Source of the DNA: Candidatus Cloacimonadales bacterium
Lineage (GTDB): Bacteria; Cloacimonadota; Cloacimonadia; Cloacimonadales; JAFGVF01
NCBI GenBank assembly: GCA_963678315.1
Contig: OY782781.1
Span: forward strand, 2,848,001 to 2,912,000
DNA length: 64,000 bases
Reading direction: 5' to 3'
Below the pieces are notes generated by a model. The model was given only the letters and a program-made list of their open reading frames with translations. It ran no database searches and had not been told where the DNA came from. Each line of letters opens with the position of its first letter. Within the stretch, counting starts at the first letter, position 1. Of the stretch, positions 46,656 through 55,846 are shown piece after piece. The position numbers and the translations under genes are program-made.

Positions 46656-49600
46656 TATTTATCCTTATCAGTAAGCCCTGTTACTTTTCTAAGTGCCTTG
46701 CCAAACTTATTGTAGTTAACTAGAACACCATCATCAAGATCTATCTCAAGATGCTTATTAGCTAGTGGAAAGAGAATATCCCGCTCATAATCATTAAGTT
46801 CGTTTATCAGCTTACTTAATTTATCAAGCTCTTTCATGGCTTTAGTCCTTTCTTGTGCCTTCACTTCTGGATTAAGAGATAAATCATTAAAGTGGTCTTT
46901 CTGCTTATCTAGCCTAGCTACATACTCACGCAGATAGTCATTCAAGACTACATTAGCCGTGTCTTTTGTGTATCTATGCATGTAGATTAAAGCAGAGAAT
47001 CCCTTATTAGGAGAAGAGAACAACCAATAAATTGGCCTCTTCTTATAGCGTTTGATATGGTCATTATAGAAGTCTTTTAACAGATACTTTTCTATATCCT
47101 TACCTAAAGACTCTTCCACAAAGGCTAAGTTCTCTGCAAAGCTCTCACTTCCAAAGGTAACCTTCAAAAAGTCTTTAAACCTCTCTACAATATCATCGCC
47201 AAACCACTGTCCTCCCAAGACTGGTATTACATTGGTCTCAGCTATTTCATAGCTTAAATTACTTATATTTGCCTCTTCCTTTGCCTGCTCTATGGTCTGT
47301 CCCTGATTTGCTATAAACAAGCCTTCTTTATCTAAAGTATATCTACCAAACATACAGCCTACAGCATAAGAGATAAACTGCTTCATAGCCTCAGCCTTAT
47401 CAAAGACTATAACCTTCTCTTGCCTTAACTCAGCCTCCTCTAAAGAAGACTTATCAATAACAATATCCTTTTCCCTAGCCTGGTCAAAAGTAAGAATAGA
47501 CTTCTCAGTCTTAAAAAGAGTTACATCTTCAAGTTCAACATACTTGTCCATCTCATCATTTAAATCATAGATATCTAAGAAGATCTGATTCAATTCCTCT
47601 TCATTGGCATGTAACTTAAAGAAAGACTCCCTAGACTGCTTTACCCATAAATTATATGCTTTTCTTAATTGATAATTGTTAATTGATAATTCTGAATTAT
47701 GAATTTGCTCTGCATTTCCATTTTTCTCTTTTAATTCTTCATTTTTCATTTGCAAAATAGGATTTTGCAAGAAGTCCCATGAGGTCTCTCTTGAGTCCCA
47801 TTCGGATTTGGAGATGCTAATTGTCTTTCTACTAATATTATCTAACTGATTAATTATGCTTTTGTTATACAGAATTTTCCAAGGAATAGATATAATATTA
47901 CCTAACTGAAAAGCTAAAGTGGGGTTAATAATTTTCAGTATTTTAAAACATAATTTACTACCAAGAAATGCAACTGTTAAGTTTACATCATTATTAGGAA
48001 AATAGCTCATACTATTAACATCAAATATGTTTCCAATATCACAATATCTAACACCGAAAGAAGAACTACTTAAAAGAGTCCAAGAAACTGATTCCCTAAA
48101 ATAATAATCTGGATTTCTTACTACAGATCTATCGAAGTTTCTTATTTCCCTCCCATCATCTTCCCAATTAACTAGGTATTCTTGATTACCATACCACTTT
48201 CGGAACTCACCACCCTTGTTATATGGGAACCACTTCAAGCCACTCTCTTGGGCTTCTTGTCTATTAGCCATGCCAAATCCAATTCTATCAATAGAGACTT
48301 CATTCCATAGCCTTAGGAACCTGTTGTTATCGCCAGTTTGTAGACCAACTTTAGCCTCCCCAACTTCCCCCAACTTAGGATTATTAGCAAATATATCTCT
48401 CACCTTATCAGACACCCAATAGGCTATAGGAGAGCCTGGTATTTTCTTAAAATCGCTTTGATTAGCTGTGTAGTAGTAGCCACAGTCAGGGTTAGAGATA
48501 GCCTCGAGGGTTTTAGGTGCTTGATTCTTTGCTCCCTTGAACTCAGATAGCTTGATATAAGAACCTTTGAAGGTATCATCTTTTGTATTTTCTAGGGTGA
48601 AAGTACATATTGGAACTGTTGCTCCGTCAAAACCTGAATATTCTAATTGTACTAAAGAGCTTATATTTGTATTATTTATTAGCTTATTTCTCATCTGTTC
48701 ATAAGAAGAAATAAACATCCAAACAAATGGAGTCATAAATCCAAGCTTTCCAGCCTTTTCTGTCATATTTACACATCTATATATGAAGGCTGAAAATAAA
48801 TCTGATTTAACTTCTTTATAGTTTTTTACAAGGTAACTTTTCAAGTCTTTATTAAGCCATTTATTACCCATATAAGGCGGGTTAGTCACCACGCAGTGGT
48901 ATTTTCTTTGGAGGAAGTCAATCTGTTTAAGAGCAACTTGTATTTTAGAGTAGTGATATTGGTAGTAAGCGTCTTGGTCAAGTTTAGCCATAGCCAATCT
49001 ATCTTTAAGCTTGTTTAGGTCACTTAGCTGAGGATTAATAAGAGAACCGTAAGTATCGGCAGATCTTAAGAGATTAAGAGTTTTTTGAAGATTAAGGCTA
49101 TCGTGTCCTAGTTTATCTGCTCCTACTTCATCTAGCATTTCACTAACTTGTATCTCTTCAAGCTGGCAGTTTTCCATGACAATAACATTAGGAATTAGCA
49201 CTTCTTTTCTAAAGTATCTATTGAAGTAGGCTCTAGCCTTCATAGTGAGGGCTAGGGAGGCAAGTTCGCCTGCTCTTTTATCTATATCAATAGCAAAAAG
49301 GTTTTTCTCTAAGATAAGTTTAGGGATTTCAGACTTATTATAGCCTTCTTCTTCATAGATTTTGGTTAGCAGGTCAAAGGCATAGACTAGGATATGGCCA
49401 GAACCACAGCAGGGGTCTATAAAAGTAATATCTTCTGGTGATTGAATTTTTAATTTATTATCATAAGATTCAGGCTTAATATAGTAAGGCATATCATTAA
49501 TTAGAGAAGACTTAGGGTGGTTTTCCATCCACAATCTACCTAGGGAATTTTCTACCATATACTGGACAATCCAATGAGGAGTAAAGAGCTGAGTAACTGC

Positions 49601-50275
49601 CGGAATTTCATCTGTTTTATAGGCTTTTTTCTTTGCCATTGCCTGGTCTTTCTTCTCAGATATATAGAACTGATAGAGCCAACCTATAAGCTCTACTTGC
49701 GAGCAATCTTGGTCGCTTAGGGTTTGCAGAGTCTTACTTATGAAAGAGTTTTCAGACAGAAGGTCTTCCGGAAGGAGAAGTTCTTGGTAATCAGTAATTC
49801 TTTCAAAGAGGAAAGGCATTAAGCTATGATAGTAATTACAAGCACAAGCTAGGAGAATTCTATAAGCTTCTTGTTGGGCATTATTACTCTTAATCTTACC
49901 TGTAAGCAGGTCAAGTATTCTTTCTTGTTTATCTAGGGGAGTTAATTCTTCATCAAAGTGTCCTTCTCTAGCATCGACTAAGATTTGGGCTTGCAGACTA
50001 TTGCCTTGAGGGCTTACTATTCCTACTTTGCTATAATTATTTGCATCCATAAAGCGAAGGGCTACTATCCTATTAAACCAGGTGTAGGCTACTCTTTCTA
50101 AGACTATAGCCAAAGATTCTTTTTTGATATCTTTATTAAGTTTTTCTATAGCTCCAGGGTTTTCTCTAGCCTCTATACTAGTTCCATTTGATATTATCTT
50201 ATATCTATTTTCTATTTGCTTGATTAGCTCTCTTCTGGCTTCTTGAGCATATTTCTTTAATTTATTTGTATTCAT
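46655..50275 (-). CDS. pglX: BREX-1 adenine methyltransferase PglX (BrxX)
   Basis: AYTWFNR, PAVTQLFTP.WIV, DPCCGSGHIL, VTNPPY, KKRPIYW, DLDDGV.VNY; likely start MNTNKLK. Confidence 0.95.
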   Translation of the reverse strand: MNTNKLKKYAQEARRELIKQIENRYKIISNGTSIEARENPGAIEKLNKDIKKESLAIVLERVAYTWFNRIVALRFMDANNYSKVGIVSPQGNSLQAQILVDAREGHFDEELTPLDKQERILDLLTGKIKSNNAQQEAYRILLACACNYYHSLMPFLFERITDYQELLLPEDLLSENSFISKTLQTLSDQDCSQVELIGWLYQFYISEKKDQAMAKKKAYKTDEIPAVTQLFTPHWIVQYMVENSLGRLWMENHPKSSLINDMPYYIKPESYDNKLKIQSPEDITFIDPCCGSGHILVYAFDLLTKIYEEEGYNKSEIPKLILEKNLFAIDIDKRAGELASLALTMKARAYFNRYFRKEVLIPNVIVMENCQLEEIQVSEMLDEVGADKLGHDSLNLQKTLNLLRSADTYGSLINPQLSDLNKLKDRLAMAKLDQDAYYQYHYSKIQVALKQIDFLQRKYHCVVTNPPYMGNKWLNKDLKSYLVKNYKEVKSDLFSAFIYRCVNMTEKAGKLGFMTPFVWMFISSYEQMRNKLINNTNISSLVQLEYSGFDGATVPICTFTLENTKDDTFKGSYIKLSEFKGAKNQAPKTLEAISNPDCGYYYTANQSDFKKIPGSPIAYWVSDKVRDIFANNPKLGEVGEAKVGLQTGDNNRFLRLWNEVSIDRIGFGMANRQEAQESGLKWFPYNKGGEFRKWYGNQEYLVNWEDDGREIRNFDRSVVRNPDYYFRESVSWTLLSSSSFGVRYCDIGNIFDVNSMSYFPNNDVNLTVAFLGSKLCFKILKIINPTLAFQLGNIISIPWKILYNKSIINQLDNISRKTISISKSEWDSRETSWDFLQNPILQMKNEELKEKNGNAEQIHNSELSINNYQLRKAYNLWVKQSRESFFKLHANEEELNQIFLDIYDLNDEMDKYVELEDVTLFKTEKSILTFDQAREKDIVIDKSSLEEAELRQEKVIVFDKAEAMKQFISYAVGCMFGRYTLDKEGLFIANQGQTIEQAKEEANISNLSYEIAETNVIPVLGGQWFGDDIVERFKDFLKVTFGSESFAENLAFVEESLGKDIEKYLLKDFYNDHIKRYKKRPIYWLFSSPNKGFSALIYMHRYTKDTANVVLNDYLREYVARLDKQKDHFNDLSLNPEVKAQERTKAMKELDKLSKLINELNDYERDILFPLANKHLEIDLDDGVLVNYNKFGKALRKVTGLTDKDK

Positions 50276-50279
50276 AAGA

Positions 50280-53200
50280 TTAGTCCACCTCAATTATCTT
50301 GCCATCAGCAAGTTGTTTCTTATATTCTGCTTTTATTTTTGCAAGATATTCTTCTAAGTCTTCCTCTGTTTCTATAGTCATCTTCTTATAGTCTATTACT
50401 AGGCTCTTTGAAAAAACGCGATTTTTTCCAAGAGACCCATAAGGGTCAGGTGATAGAGACTTAGTATTTGATTGACTAGGAGGAGAAATCAATAGACTAA
50501 TCTCCCTGATAATTTGAGGGTAAGTCTTTTCTTCAAAAGTTCTTTTCATATCTCTAATCAGGGCAATTGATTTACTTGCCTTAATTCTTTCAATATTGTC
50601 TTTAAATTTTCCTAAAATATCATCTTTGCTATCTTGAGAAAGTTTTTCAAACTCTTCTTTTTCTTTTAGTTTATCTTCTAAAGCTTTGATTTCAGTAATA
50701 GCGTTATCTTGCTCTTGACTAAGAAGATTGTTAATAGTTGAATCAAGACTAGCAACATAGTCTTTTAAGAGCTTTATTTTATTGCCTTTAAGGCTCTTTT
50801 CATCTGAGATTATATCCTCTATATTCTTGATATAATCGCTAGTAACATAATTCAAATTTGAGTTAGATTCTGCTACTAAAGCTTTAGCTGAATCAAATAT
50901 CTCTCTTTGTCTATTAGCAGACATCATGAAGTTAAGAATTGGGTCTGTTTGCTCTAACTTAGTATCTAGCAGATTATCATAATTAGAATCAAGGGAAGTA
51001 AGAAACCACTCATAGGAGTTTTTAGCAACTTTAGAAAATTCTTCAATAGCTTGGTCTAGAATATTATTAAAGGGATATTTAGAGGATCTAGAGTTTTGAA
51101 GTTTTCTGATATAAGCAGTTAATCTAGTCTTAACATCATTGGCTAAGGCTCTAGCCTCATTATAAGTAGCTGGTTCTTCAAAGAAATCATTGTAGAAGTC
51201 ATTCAAGCGCTTGATTTGTGCTTTGCTATAATCTACTAAAGGATTAAGGACTATCTTATCATGATTAGAAGAGGAATTAAAGTTAAAGAAGATATCTTTA
51301 GATTCTAAGATTTGAGAGTTCTTATTGGCTTCCACTTTATCTAACTTATATAATTCTGCTACTAAGCATATAACTGCTGTGTAATCCCAGCCATAAGGCT
51401 TTTTAGTAAACTTATCAATAATAGATTTAAGAGTAGGTCGCATGCCAGAAGTCTTAGCTAGCTTAATTTCTCTTAATATTTCTTCTTGGGCTTCAGTAAG
51501 AACCCCTCTAGCTAATTCATTAATCTCTTCAGATAAAATATCTTGAATGTTGTTTATATGATAGTTTTTTGTTACCATTTTAAGATAAGGGTAAGTGCGT
51601 CTGATTAGTTCATGAAAAGCATTCTCAATAATATTTATAGGGCTAGCAGAGGAGACAGGCAATTCTTCCCCATTAATAAAGAGCTTTGACTGAGATATAA
51701 GGCTCTCTATTCTAGTTAGTATATTATCTCGCCTATCTCTATTTTGGTTAACTTTATCAGCTAGAATACGCTGAATATTAGTGGATTGGTTTTGAGAATT
51801 ATTCTGCCTAACATACTTCTCTGTCTGCTTAAATAACTTTAAGTCTTTAGTAATTCTACCATCATCAGCCAGCATGAGAATAAGTTCATCTAAATTCATG
51901 GAATGCATGAGAATAGTAGTTTCATCAGCATAGTATTCATACAAAGGACTGACAAGATGAATAGCTAATTCATATTCACGACCATAGAGCTTACCATCAA
52001 TCTTTTTAGAATATTGGTAATCACGTTTGTTATCAGGTAAGCGAATCTTATTCTTTTTTAAAATATCATCAAAGACAAGTTTATTGAATTCATCAACAAT
52101 TTCTTTAAGCTCAATTTCGGTATGTTTTATCTCTTCTTCAACATCTTTTTCATCATCGGTAAGATATTCATATTGGTCCTTGTTCTTCTGGATATAGGAT
52201 TGGTCTTCTAGGATATTTAAGGCTTCCTCAACCTGTAAACTTAGCTTATCCATATCTACATGAAGAGAATCAATCATAAGAACTACTAGGTTACGAATAG
52301 TAGCTTTAAATTCTTTGATATATTTGACTAAGAAGAGAGCTTTTAAGACTTTAACAGCAAAATCATTTTGCAGATGCCTTTCAGCTATATTGATAGATGA
52401 TTGAATCTTAGTTTTCAAGGAAGATCTAATACCTTCAAACATGAGGTCAAAGGAAGCTAAATTATTGATTTCAAAGTTGCAAATCTGGATAGCTACATTC
52501 TGGAAAACTCCCAGCATAGACCTTTCACCAACAGATGAGTGCTTTCCTTCAAAAGCATTATGACTAGATAGATTAGTAATAGCTGTTTGGAAAAGAGTGA
52601 ATTGATAAGGAATAAATGGATAGCTTCCTTGGAAATGCTGGCAATCTTTGAAGTTCTGATAATGCTTAGAACCATCTACAAAATCAAACATAGTTTTAAA
52701 GTTAAAATGATGTTGATTATAGATATCAGCCAGCATAGGAAGAGAAGATTCTTTCTTTTCTAGCAAACGCTTCTTGATAACTTCTTCTACATTAGCAGAA
52801 GTAAGCTTTAACCTATTCTTAAAACGACCCTGAATCTTAGTGAAGTCATTGCTCTGAGATTTGATATTATCGTTTTTACCCATATCTCCAAGAATGGATT
52901 CCATGTCTTCTTGAGCTGTCACAAATATCCAAGCTCTCCCTTTGCAGATAGTGTTTAAGGATTCGGCAACTGTCTGCAGATTGGTCATTAGCTTAACATT
53001 ATTGGCTATATACTGTCCCACTTCATCCACAAAGAAGTTAAGGCGGAAGTTCTTTTCCTGAGAGTCTATGTAGTCCTTTACATTATGGGCGAAATCTTCT
53101 ATGGAAAGACTGTAGTCGCTTCTATACTTATCAAGAATAGCTATGTGATTTTGTTGGGTAACAGCATTGTAAGCAGAATCAACTAAGTTAGCGTAACGCT

Positions 53201-53792
53201 TGCTTCTAACCTTGCCTTTATCCCAATCAACTTGCTTGTCTGAAGCCTCAAAGAAGGCTTCTTTAAACTTACTAAATAAACCCTCTCTATCTAAATCTCT
53301 TTCAAACTGAGCGATATAAGGTTGATTACCATAGTAGCCACAAGCTTGGTCAAAAACCTTAACAAAAACTGCTATCAAGGCTTCTGTCTCTGTTTTACTG
53401 ATAACATTAGCCTTCTGGTCTATGTTAAATAAAATGCTTTTAGATGGTATTCTGACTGCTCTTCCTATATTGCCAGAAAGAATGACATTATCACCACACT
53501 TGTTCATAAATATGTCAGCTGTTTTTTCATTGTCTATCTCATAATTCTCAAGTATGAGTGCCAGCATCTTGAGTAAATGAGATTTACCTGAGCCAAAGAA
53601 ACCTGATATCCAGACTCCATTAGCACCTTGATAATTAGAATAGGCATCTAATACTTCTTCTAAACGATCCTCAACTTCCTTAGTTATGACATATTCTTCT
53701 ATCTCTGTCTTGAGTGATTGTAGGTCATCAGCCTTAATTACACCCTCAATAGTTCTATCTAGAGCTTTCTTAAATATAGTGTTCAATTTCAT
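50280..53792 (-). CDS. brxC: BREX P-loop ATPase BrxC
   Basis: R.IEGVIKAD, WISGFFGSGKSHLLK, FFVDEVGQYI, YPFIPYQF, GERSML. Confidence 0.95.
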   Translation of the reverse strand: MKLNTIFKKALDRTIEGVIKADDLQSLKTEIEEYVITKEVEDRLEEVLDAYSNYQGANGVWISGFFGSGKSHLLKMLALILENYEIDNEKTADIFMNKCGDNVILSGNIGRAVRIPSKSILFNIDQKANVISKTETEALIAVFVKVFDQACGYYGNQPYIAQFERDLDREGLFSKFKEAFFEASDKQVDWDKGKVRSKRYANLVDSAYNAVTQQNHIAILDKYRSDYSLSIEDFAHNVKDYIDSQEKNFRLNFFVDEVGQYIANNVKLMTNLQTVAESLNTICKGRAWIFVTAQEDMESILGDMGKNDNIKSQSNDFTKIQGRFKNRLKLTSANVEEVIKKRLLEKKESSLPMLADIYNQHHFNFKTMFDFVDGSKHYQNFKDCQHFQGSYPFIPYQFTLFQTAITNLSSHNAFEGKHSSVGERSMLGVFQNVAIQICNFEINNLASFDLMFEGIRSSLKTKIQSSINIAERHLQNDFAVKVLKALFLVKYIKEFKATIRNLVVLMIDSLHVDMDKLSLQVEEALNILEDQSYIQKNKDQYEYLTDDEKDVEEEIKHTEIELKEIVDEFNKLVFDDILKKNKIRLPDNKRDYQYSKKIDGKLYGREYELAIHLVSPLYEYYADETTILMHSMNLDELILMLADDGRITKDLKLFKQTEKYVRQNNSQNQSTNIQRILADKVNQNRDRRDNILTRIESLISQSKLFINGEELPVSSASPINIIENAFHELIRRTYPYLKMVTKNYHINNIQDILSEEINELARGVLTEAQEEILREIKLAKTSGMRPTLKSIIDKFTKKPYGWDYTAVICLVAELYKLDKVEANKNSQILESKDIFFNFNSSSNHDKIVLNPLVDYSKAQIKRLNDFYNDFFEEPATYNEARALANDVKTRLTAYIRKLQNSRSSKYPFNNILDQAIEEFSKVAKNSYEWFLTSLDSNYDNLLDTKLEQTDPILNFMMSANRQREIFDSAKALVAESNSNLNYVTSDYIKNIEDIISDEKSLKGNKIKLLKDYVASLDSTINNLLSQEQDNAITEIKALEDKLKEKEEFEKLSQDSKDDILGKFKDNIERIKASKSIALIRDMKRTFEEKTYPQIIREISLLISPPSQSNTKSLSPDPYGSLGKNRVFSKSLVIDYKKMTIETEEDLEEYLAKIKAEYKKQLADGKIIEVD

Positions 53793-53811
53793 CTTAAACC
53801 TCCTCCTATCC

Positions 53812-54402
53812 TTATGCTTTTACGTCTTCTATGTTAAATGCTCGGTAATATCTATCATCTGTTAGCCTTCCAAAAAGTTCAAGTACAGACCCCTTCTCCA
53901 ATGTGTGTGTGTATTTCCCCGGAAAAAACATGAGCATAGGCTTATTCTTAATAGTAGACTGTAGATTACTGAGAAAATTATGTGCCCTAATATAGGGAAA
54001 AACCTGACCTATGCCAGTAACAAAAATAATGTCATGCTGATGTGCAGATAATAAGTTCTTGATTTCAGGAATAACAAAATCCCCTACATCTAAGATGTTT
54101 TGAAGTTCTTCTTTAAGCTCATCCTTAGACATATTCTCTTCTTCTTCAATAATCCAGTCTAAGTCTCCTTCTCTAACAAGTAAATCTAAACAAATATCAT
54201 ATAAATCTAACTTTAAGACCTTAATATTCTTCTCATTTAACTTCTTGATTAAATTAGAAACATCCCTCATCATCTCATTAGTCTCTTGGGGTAAAAAAGG
54301 ACAAATAAAAAATGGTATCTCTTGTATGTATGTATCATTAGCTAAAAACTTCTTAGAGCTTGTAACAGCTAATAAATGGTCAAATCTTTCACGCTTATTC
54401 AT
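53812..54402 (-). CDS. brxB: BREX BrxB (DUF1788)
   Basis: TGIGQVFPYIRAHNFLSNLQ, FFPGKY, YYRAFN; position in operon. Confidence 0.92.
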   Translation of the reverse strand: MNKRERFDHLLAVTSSKKFLANDTYIQEIPFFICPFLPQETNEMMRDVSNLIKKLNEKNIKVLKLDLYDICLDLLVREGDLDWIIEEEENMSKDELKEELQNILDVGDFVIPEIKNLLSAHQHDIIFVTGIGQVFPYIRAHNFLSNLQSTIKNKPMLMFFPGKYTHTLEKGSVLELFGRLTDDRYYRAFNIEDVKA

Positions 54403-55006
54403 TAATCCACCTCTCTACTTCGCTTGTGGTTAAGGGGAATAGTTTTAGTAATTGTTTATCTTTTTGCATTATAAATTCTCCTAATCGAGGAGTTAAAATC
54501 ATAGGAATCAATTCTTCTTTATCTATGATTCCGACTTGTCTTAGCATCTTGAATAGTACAGACATTGCTTTCTTCTGGGTAGATGGGGCAATTTTAGCTA
54601 ATAGATCACTCTCCTCAGCCTTGTTTTCATAGAATCTGTTGTAATCAGTATAAGTTAACTTGTTATCTAACATAATAATCTTATTGGGGATGGTCTCACT
54701 GATAAACTCATATATAATACGATATTGTAAGCAGATAGCTATCCAGATCATTCCCAGCTGTGTCTCTCTATCTGAGGCAAGCAAATAGTCTAAATCTTCT
54801 GAAGTAAATTGGGCTATTCTCTGCTTTATTTCACTGAAGATACGCTTGCTAGCAGAAGGGGTCTTGTATTGTAATATATTTTCGGATAAAACATATTTGC
54901 GAGTATCATTCCAATTATGCTTTTCTAAGTATATCTCAACTACATCTATCGTTTCATTAAAAAGAAGCGAACCAGCTGTAAAAGATAATGAGTATTTCGT
55001 GTTCAA
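54395..55006 (-). CDS. brxA: BREX BrxA (DUF1819)
   Basis: KYSLSFTAGSLL, ENILQ, ST.KK..VLFKML..G; TTG start after AAGGAG; first gene of the operon. Confidence 0.9.
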   Translation of the reverse strand: MNTKYSLSFTAGSLLFNETIDVVEIYLEKHNWNDTRKYVLSENILQYKTPSASKRIFSEIKQRIAQFTSEDLDYLLASDRETQLGMIWIAICLQYRIIYEFISETIPNKIIMLDNKLTYTDYNRFYENKAEESDLLAKIAPSTQKKAMSVLFKMLRQVGIIDKEELIPMILTPRLGEFIMQKDKQLLKLFPLTTSEVERWINE

Positions 55007-55086
55007 GCTATCTCCTTATATAGCATGTTAACAACATTGCCTATTTGCTATTTATGCTATTCATATACTAATTAAGCTGTTAAACA

Positions 55087-55146
55087 ATCATAGCAAGCTA
55101 TGATGATTAATTACGATATTAAATAATTGTAAATAAAATTAGTCAA
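55087..55146 (-). promoter_or_regulatory. Putative BREX promoter with downstream palindrome
   Basis: TTGACT (55146-55141)-17 bp-TTTAAT (55123-55118); ATCATAGC-AA-GCTATGAT at 55087-55104. Confidence 0.55.
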
Positions 55147-55166
55147 TATTTTTCTGAAATAAATGA

Positions 55167-55217
55167 AAAAGTGTGCCTAATTCAACAAAAGTGTGCCTAA
55201 TTCAACAAAAGTGTGCC
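55167..55217. repeat. 20-bp direct tandem repeat, 2.5 copies
   Basis: AAAAGTGTGCCTAATTCAAC at 55167 and 55187, AAAAGTGTGCC at 55207. Confidence 0.9.
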
Positions 55218-55387
55218 CATTATATTTATAGAAGGTCCTTTGATTGATATTTGAAAAGCCTATAGTGTGTTAAGAGATTGTGTAGAGAGCTAAGGGGTCT
55301 CACAAATAAAGCACCTCTACTAAAAAAAAAAGACTTGACTTAACGGTGTTAATATTTATTTGTGATATAAAAATAAATGGAGGATAC

Positions 55388-55837
55388 ATGAAAAGATTTT
55401 GCTTTCTGATATGTTTGTTTTTAGTTTCAAATATCTTTGCTGAGACACTTACAATTGTCACAAGCAATGAAACATATAGCTTTGAGCTTACTGAAATTCA
55501 AAACATTACATTTTCTGGAACAGTTTCAGTAGAAGATATGACAACTATAGTCAATTCAGTACCTATTGAATTTCTAAGAAACTATCCAAACCCTTTCAAC
55601 CCTGAAACAACAATTTCTTTTGAGCTTAACTCTAAAGGTAAAACTAAGCTTGAGATCTTTAATATTAAGGGACAAAAAGTAAAAGAATTAGTTAATGAAA
55701 AACTTAGTGCTGGGCAACATAACATTGTCTGGAATGGAACAAATAACAATAACAAAAGAGTTGCCAGCGGAGTATATTTCTACTCTTTAACTCATAAAAA
55801 CAAATCAATAGCTAAAAAAATGATATTAATGAAATAG
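55388..55837 (+). CDS. Small secreted protein: short N-terminal motif plus FlgD-Ig/T9SS-like sorting domain
   Basis: GGAGG RBS, signal peptide, NYPNPFNPETTI..IFNIKGQKV..ASGVYF..KKMILMK. Confidence 0.8.
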   Translation: MKRFCFLICLFLVSNIFAETLTIVTSNETYSFELTEIQNITFSGTVSVEDMTTIVNSVPIEFLRNYPNPFNPETTISFELNSKGKTKLEIFNIKGQKVKELVNEKLSAGQHNIVWNGTNNNNKRVASGVYFYSLTHKNKSIAKKMILMK

Positions 55838-55846
55838 GAGAATATA

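Noticed and set aside
39024..55006. Defence region as a prophage or integrative element
   Set aside because: No integrase, transposase, tRNA target or flanking direct repeats found in the window.
55016..55025. TTATATAGCA before brxA as a copy of the glucan-locus operator
   Set aside because: Only a partial match in AT-rich DNA overlapping the RBS region; likely chance.
55167..55217. CRISPR array
   Set aside because: The repeats are contiguous with identical intervening sequence, only 2.5 units, and there are no cas genes.
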